From Priapulus caudatus (taxonomy: Eukaryota): a DNA stretch of 46,754 bases. The notes beneath the pieces are model-generated. The model was not told the DNA's origin. It made no database searches and saw nothing but the letters and a program-made list of their open reading frames with translations. The DNA lies in contig NW_014577078.1 in NCBI RefSeq assembly GCF_000485595.1, positions 1,038,654-1,085,407 of the forward strand. The letters run 5' to 3'. The position numbers and the translations under genes were made by a program. Positions 36,139 through 46,754 of this stretch are shown one piece after another (the stretch's first letter is position 1; each line of letters opens with the position of its first letter).

Positions 36139-36741
36139 CAGGCGACAGATATCCACATCCAACTGTGGCTTTAGGCCACCTCGTCCCGTCAGCTCACGCC
36201 TCCGTCAGCTCACTCCGACAATAACCCTTCCGCGACCGAAAATAGTTCTTTTTGTTTACGTATTTTAGTAATGCTGAAACAAGTTACCATGGTATATGCC
36301 GATTGTGATACCAATAGGCATAGATATAGCATTAAATAGGAAAAAACAAGACAAGCGCCAGTGCAGCAATCGGTAAGTTATTAGTAGCACGGTATAGTGT
36401 TGCCGGCGTTATATTTGTATGACGGGGGCCTAAGGCCACCTATATATAATTGTAATAATAGCGTATGATGGAGGCCCAAGGCCACCTAAATAGTATTTGT
36501 ATGACGGGGGCCTAAGGCCACCTATATAGTATTGTAATAATAGAATAGTTTATAATGGGGGTCCAAGGCCACATATATAGTATTGTATATTGTAGATTGT
36601 ATATGTGTGGTAAGCCTTGGTTGTAAGCTATACCGCCTCCAGCAAAGAAAAGTAGGCTGCATCACTTGCACAGTGTATTATTGCGCCAGCGGGCCCCCCG
36701 GTGGCTTAAGGCCACACTTGGATGTGGAGATCTGTCGCCTG
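36139..36741 (+). mobile_element. 603-bp non-autonomous element with ~42-bp TIRs (CAGGCGACAGAT.TCCACATCCAA...), superfamily uncertain
   Basis: TIRs at 36139-36180 and 36700-36741; short internal minisatellite; flanks form no TSD. Confidence 0.75.
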
Positions 36742-36745
36742 CTTA

Positions 36746-37345
36746 TAAGCCATGCAGTTCGTAGTTACAGTCTGCGCATGCGCGAACATTGCCACGAATT
36801 CTTCCGGGTCACGTCATTTTTGAAAAAATATTTCGTATTTAGACCGTACAGTATATACATACGCATGCATCTGTGTCGTTGTATGCTACAGTCTTAGCGT
36901 GTGCACGTACACGTGCGTGCGTGTGCACGTACACGGGCATGCGTGCGTGCGTGCGTGCGTGCATGCGCACGTACACGTGCTTGCGTGCGTGTCCACGTAC
37001 ACATGCGTGCATGCGTGCGTGTTCAGGTGTGCATGCGTGCGTGTGCACGTGTGCGTGTGCACGTGCGTGCGTGCGTGCGTGCGTGTGCACATTCAGGTGC
37101 ATGCGTGTGCACATACAGGTGCGTGCGTGCGTGCGTGTGCACGTACACGTGCGTGCGTGCGTGCGTGAGTGTGTGTGCACGTACACATGCGTGCGTGTAG
37201 GCCCCTACACGTACACAGAATACATGTACATATACGTACTGAACCGAGAACGCACGCCGAACTCGAGATTTCATCGATTTTTGTCACAAATAACCCGGTG
37301 ACCTGTGACGTCACACAACCCCTTGGCTAACTACGAACTGGCTTA
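36746..37345. mobile_element. Unclassified MITE with an internal (GTGC)/(GCAC) compound microsatellite (36898-37200)
   Basis: TAAGC(CATG)CAGTTCGTAGTTA ... TAACTACGAACTGGCTTA inverted ends. Confidence 0.55.
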
Positions 37346-37351
37346 TTGTGA

Positions 37352-37968
37352 TTAAAATGCGTTTAATATGGTCAGGAGATATCTCAACATAGGTTTCTGT
37401 AATAAATTCTCATCGTTAGACCTGTGTTTATAGTTAGGAGAGCGCCCTAGCCTGTAAAGTGCAAAACTCCTACTTTATCCCCGCCCGCCCTTCCCTTTGT
37501 CTTCATTGTCGCAGGCTCAGCCTCCTTCTCCTTCCACCGCCGCTCGACTGTCTTCTCTGCAACCTTCCCTCAGTTTCCCACCCCTCTCTCCCTCAGCAAG
37601 CTATATTACGTCCTTTTGTTTAGGCCGTACTGCAAGCCTGAAACTGTGCTCGCGCATGCCCAATATCTCCTGAGATGAGTAATATTTTGCAAACATTATT
37701 AATTTAAAATGAGGAGGGGTTATCGTATGATAGATTTATATAATAAAATTTCATCACTAGATCTCATTTCAGGAATAGGAAAGGAAGCAAACCTTGCATG
37801 TCAGGTCTCGGTGGCTAATACCATTCAGTACATAACCTGGTTACATTACTGTTTTAGCGTATGCGCAATATCTCACCAGAAGAGTTTTATTTTGTGATGA
37901 AAATGCATTTAGTCTGGTTATGGGGTATCTCAGCAGCGATATCTGTAATAAATTCTTATTGTTAGACT
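37352..37968 (+). repeat. ~541-bp satellite, forward orientation, just over one monomer
   Basis: Similar to 25040-25330 and 24000-24355. Confidence 0.9.
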
Positions 37969-40711
37969 TGAATATGGGGGTGGGTCCGAAGTGAATTGTT
38001 TCGTGCTGTACTGCATATTCAGCTGTACTGCACATTCCCCAATTGCTTAATTATTGCAAATCGGACATTATTGTGAAGGAAAATGAACAGGCTTTCAGTG
38101 ATACCAAATGCAATAATAATAATAATGCAGGAACAAGAGCGATATCATCGATCAAACTTGAGTTTCCGAAATTTTTTCAGGAGTGTACATGAAAAGTTTA
38201 AAAAAACACCTTCAGCAGTTTACGGGTTAAGAGATACAGGGTCAAGACGGTATTCGTAGTGTCTTTCATTTTAGATACAGTGTAAACAAAAGTCTATTAC
38301 TTTAGATACAGTGTTTACATTAATTGTAGTAGCCCTCATTTGCACACCCTCCCAATTTCCATAGATTTTCATTTGTAGATGCCAATTGGCGTCAGGATAT
38401 TTTCCTTGAGTTCTTAAGGCGTCTTCCAGTTGCCTTATGAGGAAAACCTTTAATTTCTCATTTAAATGTCACATCATAACCATAAATCCAATGTTGTGAT
38501 ATGTTTACTTTGATGAGTCCTCATTTTAAGTTACAATGAGCCTAAATTTGTTCGAGACCTCGCACGATGCTTTGCAAATGAGGGCAGGGCTACTGCCTTT
38601 AAAGGAGTTTTTATCTCAGACTTCAGTATCCATATCAAGAAACATGTTTCACTCAGTGAATGGTTGTAATTCCAGTACATGTGAAAAGTTTCAAGTTTAA
38701 ATATAGTTTTGAGATAAATATAAGAGATACATAAAGATATCATAGTTGAAGCTACCATACTTTAACACGTTAAATTCTGATTCGTGAGAAGCTCGAGATA
38801 GTATAAGCCACGTCAGCTGTCAGCGGGGAAAAGGCTTCTCAAATTTCAGTTATTTGTAATTCCGTAAATTGTCAAATTACTGATAAATATCCGAGTTTAA
38901 TGCCATTTAATTTGATGCGTAAACATATAAGCTGCGTGATAAGTGATACATGTCGGTGACGTCACATATGTCGTTTTGTTTTACTGACATAGAAAATGTA
39001 TGTGCGAATTATGTGTTCAGATAATTTAATACACATAAAAGGAAAGAGATTAATGCATGTAATTCTATGTTATAATAATGAACTGCAGGAAATGGTATTA
39101 CGTTGCTAACTTAGGATTTAATTAAAGAAAAAAGAAAAAAAATATTGTTTGCCCCCCCATCCTCAAAATGGATCGAAGCCCCTGATGGAATACAATCAAC
39201 GTTATACACGAAGAAGTCAAAAAAACATTATTTGAAATGGAAAGTTTTGAAAATTCATCGACCTCTAGTGATCAGATTACCTAGTTTATGACATGTGAAC
39301 GATACAAACAATAGTCGATACTTGCCATTAAAATGCGCGAAAATAAACCATTTAGAGATTAAAAAAAATACGAAAAGTTTCTACCGTTGGACGGGGGATA
39401 CCCCCCTCCCACTCCCAGTTACCCCCCCCCGGCCGCTTCGCTCCCTCGCAGGCTCTTGAACCACGTCTAGTCCCCCCACTTTTTAAAATGGATTAGCGTC
39501 CTTGGCAATGCTATAACATTTGTTATTCTGTTCTGTATCCTACATCTACTGCTACCTATACAATATACAAATATACAAATGCCAAACGTTTTACTAAGAT
39601 CGGCGAGTCTCGATGAATATGCCTATATAGCCCTATATATGCCTAATAGCCGTGACTAAACACGGAGCTAGATTTAGCATTCATTTACCTGCGTTGACTG
39701 TAGCTCCGTCTGTGTAGCAGAAGGCAAAGCTAGCAGGCTGAGACTGCGTGTCTATCAGAATGTAATCATATCAGTGTAAAAAATGTAAAACGTTCCATGT
39801 TCTAACAACGGTGGCGTCATAGTGGAGGGAAGGGAAGCTGCTGCCTCCGTAAAAGTTAAAATATGCAAATCGTCGGAAAACTGTCTATGAAAAAAATGCA
39901 GTTGTTCTTCATCTGTAGCGTGGCGCTAGCCGCAATAACATGTGAAAACAATAAGCACGATGAAGAGCTGATTGACTTGTACGTATGATATATTACAATA
40001 TATCAATATAGTTGTAGCTGTAGAGATAGATCAGATTTACTAATAAACTCATGTAAAACTATCAAACTTCGTTATACTGCTCGTATACCCATTGGCCTCA
40101 TGCACACGATGTGAGATCCCCCCAACCTCGCCGAAGATCCTAGCGCCCCGCCGCGAGCAAATAGACATTGCAATAGCTTTACATGAAAATTGAATACCGT
40201 TACCTGTTTTAAACCAAACTACCCCGTAGCATAGTGCATGACCAGTGTTTGCGCATGCGCATATTCTATCTGAAAAGCAATATTTTGCTGAAATTGCATT
40301 TTTAAAATGGAGCGCAAATACTCCTGTCAGTATAGCTTGACATGAAGTACCGACGCCTCACTGTCGTAATGATAGGGTGCACGCGCAAAAGTAACACAAA
40401 AGAATGATATTTCGATTTGCCAATAAATGGCAATATGTGTGTTGCATGTGACATGGAGCTGGCTGACTAGCAGCATTTACCTAATATAAGAAATGTGATT
40501 TAGTTGAAAGTGTACTTTTAAATTGGAGAGAAAATAGTCGTCGCAGCTAGTTACCCTATCATGAAAAATACATGCCAAATCCTATCTTTAATAACAATAT
40601 GGTGTCCTGACTGACGCAACACATGATGAAATATAAATTATCAATAAATGGCAATGTGTGAGGAAAATGACATGTGTGCCTGTACAGCAGCCCTTATTAA
40701 AGGAATGAAGT

Positions 40712-41476
40712 CAGGGGCGTAAATCCCGGGGGGATGGGGGGGATGCATCCCCCCGCTCTTGGAGGATGGGGGGATGGCCTGTACAAATATCCCCCACTGA
40801 GATTCAAAAAAGAAAGAAAAAAAGAAAGAAAGAGGGGCACGGAGGAAGGAGTGACTGCCAGAGGCATATAGTCTCTCAAAAGCATAAGTGCTATGCGGGT
40901 GCAGTGGAATCTACACCCAACATATCAAGCTTCTTTGCAGCAGATAGAGAATTGTCTGTCTTGACGCAGAAGTGAGATTTACGGATTATTTAATTGAACA
41001 CAATGTGCCTTTGAGGGCGGCAGACCATGCAAAAGAACTCTTCGAGAAAATGTTTCCAGACTCACAAGTAGCCAAAAAGTATGGTTGCAAACATACAAAA
41101 ACACGTGAAATTGTGAGAAATTGCAATTCTTACCTGTGTTTTAATACATGTATTATTACTATAGTAACCTAACTGTGTACGCTCTCTGAAAAGTCATGAA
41201 AAGTGTTTTGAATCCTAACATGTAGGGTTGAGATAGTGTCATCAGACATGAGAATATGGCTCACAGTATGCCTCAGATTGCAGGAAAATGGCTTAAATAT
41301 TTCAAAATTTTCTAGGGGGGCATGCCCCCACACCCCCCTAGTACTGGCATACCTATGGCACGTAATTGTTCGTGCGTGCGCGATCGCGCGCGTGTGAGTA
41401 AATTATTGTCGGCTTGTGCTTGTGCTAGTATGTGATGGCTATCGCCGATCATCCCCCCACACTCGGTACGCCCCTG
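40712..41476 (+). mobile_element. Internally deleted hAT transposon, 765 bp
   Basis: TIR CAGGGGCGTA...TACGCCCCTG; perfect 8-bp TSD AATGAAGT (40704-40711, 41477-41484); GGGGGATG/CATCCCCC subterminal repeats. Confidence 0.92.
40838..41115 (+). pseudogene. Frameshifted hAT transposase N-terminal fragment
   Basis: HGGRSDCQRHIVSQKH...ISSFF... then, after a frameshift near 40965, AEVRFTDYLIEHNVPLRAADHAKELFEKMFPDSQVAKKYGCKHTKTREIV, a motif pattern I recognise from metazoan hAT transposases. Confidence 0.85.
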
Positions 41477-41638
41477 AATGAAGTAGTATAATTATGATTA
41501 AAACGATTTTTTTGAAATGGAGAGCAAAAAATCGTTGCAGTGGCTTGATATGAAAAATAACTCTAGCTTCTTCCTAATAATGGTATGGTGACGTATCACT
41601 GATGAAATGTAAATTGGCCAATAAATGGCGGGAAGTGC

Positions 41639-42017
41639 TTCGAGCATGCCCCTCTTTTTTGAACGCGTAAGATCGGCCGAAAATCGTTGTCATGGGTGGC
41701 GACGAGCGAATATGGTTGTCTGGGTGGTGACCCCATGAGTCATGTACTTTAGCACAAGGGCAGGGGAATGGCGGTTTGCTGCAGCCGAAGTGAAATTTTA
41801 AGATTGGATTTTGCCATGCACATCTCATTCGGGCATGCCCCTAACTTTTTAAGCGCGTAAAATCGACCGAAAAACATTTTCTTGAAGGCTAAAGCGTCGA
41901 GCGAACCGTGCGCCATTGCACATGTACTTGAGATTAGGGTTAAATGAGCTTAGGGTTGCCCTGGCCTAAGTGAAATTTAGATATCAGATTTTGCCATACA
42001 TATATCATTCGGGCATA
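41639..42017. repeat. Diverged ~189-bp tandem dimer
   Basis: TTCG(A/G)GCATGCCCCT...CGCGTAA...CATGTACTT...AAGTGAAATTT...GATTTTGCCAT repeated twice. Confidence 0.7.
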
Positions 42018-43461
42018 ATTTTTGTAAAATATTATATTGTTTGGAATATAGGCCTACTCGACATGCATAGTTGGTTTCCCTCAAGGCGACAGTATAAAAT
42101 AATTCGGGAATGCAGGACGCCTTAAAAACATTAAATTTGAATACTGCAAGCCTGTTTAAATTTTTAGGAGGAGCAAAATTGCATGACCTAACTAACTGCC
42201 CAAAGATGTTGGAATTCCTTGCTACAGATTTAATAACTGAATCACGTCTAGAATAAAATTTAGCGAATATTATAGGATTTAAAAAAAATATTTTTCGCGT
42301 TTATTTTATGGTTAGGTACTTTTACTAGAAATATTTCTCTCTGAATTCTAAAGCTCAGTTGTCTCTCCCGCTTGTCCGCTGGTGGCTACGACCTAGCCTC
42401 ACACTATCAACAGCTATTATACTTTATTTAGCTTTGTATTTGCTGCATGATTATATTTATAATGCGGTGCTCAAATAACTGTTGAATTACATTCACAGGT
42501 GGCGCCAGGTACACGTGAATCTTGCAAAATTGTTCCCATCACGGCGCTGATATTCCTAGTTTATCAAGCTGCCTATTAGGCTGATATTTTAAGATAATTG
42601 TTTACCCTTTTCTCTAAAAGTCGCAGTTGTACACCCACCCCTCTGCCTTCCCCCGGAGGCTTCATACATGGCCACTATTAATATATGTATTTGTCTTACC
42701 CTTTCTTCATAAGATTTTGTTAAATAATTGTTGAATCAATTCATATCTGAGTTAAGATAGCTGGCATATATCTTAGTCAGGCCCTAGTTAAGCGTAAATA
42801 CCGCCACGACACGCTTACCCGTTGGAATAATGTTTGACGAACGCGTCTACAAATGAACTAAAAAACTACCACCAAAATATTACCCATAGATACGTATAAA
42901 TTCTATAATATATCATCTATCTTGCACGACTGTCTCACATAGTACTATGGGAAAATCGTTTAGATGTCTAATCTTTATTGTAAAATCCGACGTGTTCTTA
43001 TTTAATGCACTTTCTGTCTACAGAATCCAGGGCGTTTCTTTGCGTACAAAATTTCATTTCTAAGCCCTGGTTTATTCGAGGAGACTCACTCAGCTATTAA
43101 AAACAGTCGTGCCGATGAACAGATAACGGCCACTTTTTTCGATTTATATTATTTTCGCGTATAGTAGTACTGCGTTAAAACTAGTTAATCAGTATTAACA
43201 ATTATAAACCATTATAATCACAGTCACTAATTAATGCAAATAATACAATTGCAACCTGTTTTCAACCGGGTATGAGAATAATTATTACGGCCAGAATAAT
43301 TCGAACGCAAACATTTTAGAATCTAATAATTAAATTATAATTACGTGTTAGCACCAGTTTTTATGATTATCCATTATAGTGGCTACTATAATAAATTTGT
43401 GTAACTAACTATTTAATAGAGTAACTAACGCAATAACGTAATTTCGAATTTTATCCCATTT

Positions 43462-43631
<170 letters not shown>

Positions 43632-45040
43632 CACAGTGTCACAGCATTACAGAGTCATGATGAGAATGATTTACGCGATCGCAAATGTAGTTATCGGGCC
43701 TAGCACGCATAGTGTGCGGCAGATATGGGCGCAGAACTAATTATCGATTTACGTCGTTAAATTAGCAATTAATATGCCTCCGAACGTTTCTTCATACATA
43801 ATGAAGAAACCCATGCATCTTTGGTTCACGAGATGATAATGAATATATCTTTTATTGCCACTGGCTGATTCGTCCTAAAAATATGCAAGTTTTTAGGCCT
43901 AAAACGTAGGACGCCTAAATGTGCACACGATAACGTTTGTTATTGCGATATTCGCGCTTGAATGCATTCATGTATGACCGCAGTATATCTACGCCAAAAC
44001 GCATAGTCACAATATAGATCGTAAGCCTGGCCAATGCAACGCGTTCGTCAACGGACATGCGCACAAGCGCCTCGCAATGCTTGTTAGATAGAGTTGGTAG
44101 TTTTTGGACGCGCAGCATCCCATGCGTATTGGAAACGTTACTTCCTAAGCAAGAGCGAGAAATATTCTGACGAGCTCACACAGCGCATTATAGTTACACT
44201 ACCTACAGATTCCGGTACGTGTGCTAGATATCGCTCAACGGGCCGTCAAGAGAGATGATAGAGATACTTGTATTTTTTTGACAACAACCAGATGTTGAGA
44301 AGTGTGCGTTTTACATCATCTTGCGACTATGCTAGCCATTTCTACTTTCTAGCGTAGCCGTGTGCAGCGCAGTACGTCGTGCAGAAGCTCGTAAGTTCCG
44401 AGGGACGTTTACCAGGGAAAAGAAAGACCGGACTCCACCCAAAAGAACACACCCCATATTTGTAAGTACAATATTAACACATGCACCACAAACCGTCTTA
44501 TTTTCTGAGTCGCATATACTTTCCTGTTCTCCCCATCCCACTCTCGCTCGCTCACTCTTCTCTCTCTCTGTTCTCTCGCCCCCCCTCTCTCTCTCTCTCG
44601 CCTGTCCCTCTCTCTCTCTCGTCTGTCCCTCTCCCATTCGCACCCACTTTCTTTCTCATTATATTGCTGTAATATAACTGTTGTCTAATATAATTAAATA
44701 GAACGATTTAAATAATAATGAGATACGATTTCTCGTAAAAAAAGCTAAAAAAAACTCACGCTCGATCGTGTATTTTCGAGCTCGCTCGATCTCACGCGCG
44801 CGCACGGGTTTTCTCTCGATGTATCTTTCTTTCGTTCTTTCTCTCTCTATCTATCGGGCGCAGGCGGCATCTCTCGCCCTTGTATACTCTATCTATCACT
44901 CTTATATTTTGAAGTACTTTATTTGTTGGCACTATAAGAATTTTAACCATAAAAGGCGGTTATGTAACGTGTTGAAAGACGACGCTTGGCTAAAAATATG
45001 CGTAGTTCAGCATCATCAGCGATTTAATCACCCCTTGGGT

Positions 45041-45047
45041 TTCTCTC

Positions 45048-45098
<51 letters not shown>
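45041..45098. repeat. (CT)n microsatellite (degenerate CT-rich tract also at 44540-44655)
   Basis: Direct reading. Confidence 0.95.
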
Positions 45099-45101
<3 letters not shown>

Positions 45102-45474
45102 TTATGATGTACTAAATTCGTAATATTTAAATAGTGAACGCAGTAATAATCTCTCGCACGTTAGAGCGCAGTGCCTATAGCTCCCGTTATTAAGTTACTG
45201 AAGTTCCATTGAAAAAAATCCAATGAGCTATTAATGCAATCAACTGGGAAAGACTGCTCGCTTTCAAGGCGCCATTCGTTTGCCCCGCAATTAAGCTCCT
45301 CGGCACTTTGTAATAACTGGCCACTCGCAAATGCTCTTACGAGCAGCTGAATCCGAGTGTACGTGATTGTTCGCCATCCATCAGTTGCGTGACGGTTGGC
45401 GACTCTTCTCATCCCACATAATTATACGTGAAGATATTCGGCATAGCATAAGATAATTATTATAAGAATATTAT

Positions 45475-45560
45475 CAAGAGCTAATAATACCTAGGTATTA
45501 ATATAATACCTATAATAGGCTATAACCTATATAGGCTATAATAGGTATTATTAGCTCTTG
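45475..45560. mobile_element. 86-bp micro-element: two 19-bp TIRs plus self-templated filler, 7-bp TSD
   Basis: ATATTAT|CAAGAGCTAATAATACCTA ... TAGGTATTATTAGCTCTTG|ATATTAT. Confidence 0.85.
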
Positions 45561-45625
45561 ATATTATTGTTCATCGCATATCGCGTTGCCTCTCAGACTA
45601 GTGAATGTTCGCACTGCTGTCGAAC

Positions 45626-45812
45626 GATCGATTGATTGATCAGTTTATTTAGTTATAATCTACTAATAGTAATATAGTTTTATATCAGTTTGCTTGTAGA
45701 TTGGTCGGTTGATCGGTGGATTAATTAAATGACTGATTGATTAATCGGCGATTAATCGATCGATTGACTATTGATTGATTGATTAATAGATCTATTGATA
45801 GTTGTCGATTAA
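45626..45812. repeat. Degenerate (GATT)/(GATC) low-complexity tract
   Basis: Direct reading. Confidence 0.6.
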
Positions 45813-46626
45813 ATCGGGCAGACTGTTTGTTCATATGCTAGCCGATCGAAGCGTTGACAGAAAGTTCTGTTGTTGCTGCTGCCCGCTGCAGTTCGACGTT
45901 ATTGGCTAATTCAGTCCGTTTCTTAATTCGTTATCTCTCGGTTGATCTCTCAGTTAGATATGATAGGCCAGAAACTACTTCATAGTGTTAATGTTTGCTT
46001 GGCGAAATGGATTTGCATGAATTTGTATTGATCCTGCGTGCAATTATCAGCTGTGATTAGGATGTCTGATTTAATAGGATATACGCCAAGCACACCTTGT
46101 ATGTAAAGAAGCCTGCCAATATATGAACTGGGGGTCTATTCCGTATTCCTGTTATGAATATAAGTACGTATGTCTCGATTTCCCTCTCTATTTCCGTGAC
46201 CCCTTTCCATCTCACTCTTTCCGCTTTGAATACCAATGAAATGTCTCATACATTCAATGCTTGTCGAGGCAGTTGCTCAGAGTTTAGGTATATTTTCCTC
46301 GTAATGTGCAGAGGCGACGAAGGATTGAACAGTATGTGCGAACCAATATAGTTGGAAATGTATTTGACTTATTTAACTGACCCTATATATCGGATATCGT
46401 AGTGCAAGCCTTTGATGGGCAATGCGTCGATGTACTCAGACGACGTACAGGAAAAGTCCAGCGACGTGTAACAAATTGATCTAGCATGACAGGTAAATAG
46501 AGAACTGAAAGCACTGATAGACGTGCGAGCACGTTGCGCATAAAGGAAGAGCAAATATATGGAAATAGAAAAAACATCGGGAGAGCTTGAGGCGAATGAT
46601 TGGGAAAAAACTCAAGGATATGTGAA

Positions 46627-46639
46627 GGGAGAGAAATAG

Positions 46640-46718
<79 letters not shown>

Positions 46719-46721
46719 AGA
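46627..46721. repeat. (GA)n microsatellite
   Basis: Direct reading. Confidence 0.97.
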
Positions 46722-46754
46722 TACACAACACAAGAGGTGATAAATAAAGATAAG

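Larger units (their letters stand above)
40300..41635. repeat. Old diverged ~210-220-bp tandem repeat interrupted by the hAT element
   Basis: CAATAAATGGC at ~40421, ~40642, ~41619 and AAAT(T)GGAG..(C)AAA at ~40305, ~40520, ~41516; spacing is regular once the insertion is removed. Confidence 0.5.

Noticed and set aside
36839..37314. His/Cys/Val-rich ORFs (also 19762-20189 and 13489-13819)
   Set aside because: Microsatellite translations
37975..39510. Possible piggyBac-like end (GGGTTAA ~38230) and hAT-like end fragments (~39150-39185, ~39390-39505)
   Set aside because: Only single ends are visible, with no partner TIR or TSD

Overview
This is repeat-dominated eukaryotic DNA, most likely from an invertebrate animal. 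There are no complete genes, RNA genes or CRISPR arrays, and the ORF track is almost all chance or repeat-derived ORFs. The window holds many non-autonomous DNA transposons: PIF/Harbinger MITEs with TTA or CWG target-site duplications (TSDs), Mutator-like MITEs with 9-bp TSDs (one carrying TTAGGG repeats), and a 765-bp hAT element with an 8-bp TSD and a frameshifted transposase remnant. It also holds Helentron/HINE-like elements, a ~541-bp satellite in both orientations (about 24-38 kb), and mini- and microsatellites. A likely signal-peptide first exon lies on the minus strand (22904-22976). Several duplications look like assembly or haplotype artefacts. The most unusual signal is a set of tiny palindromes (mostly 35-40 bp) with CA(A/G)GAG...CTC(T/C)TG ends and 7-bp ATNNNAT direct repeats. 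Four of these form a chain at 18349-18519. They fit stacked excision footprints of several P/Galileo-like transposons that reuse one target site. A ~1.5-kb inverted duplication with nested insertions (9769-11271) is also notable.
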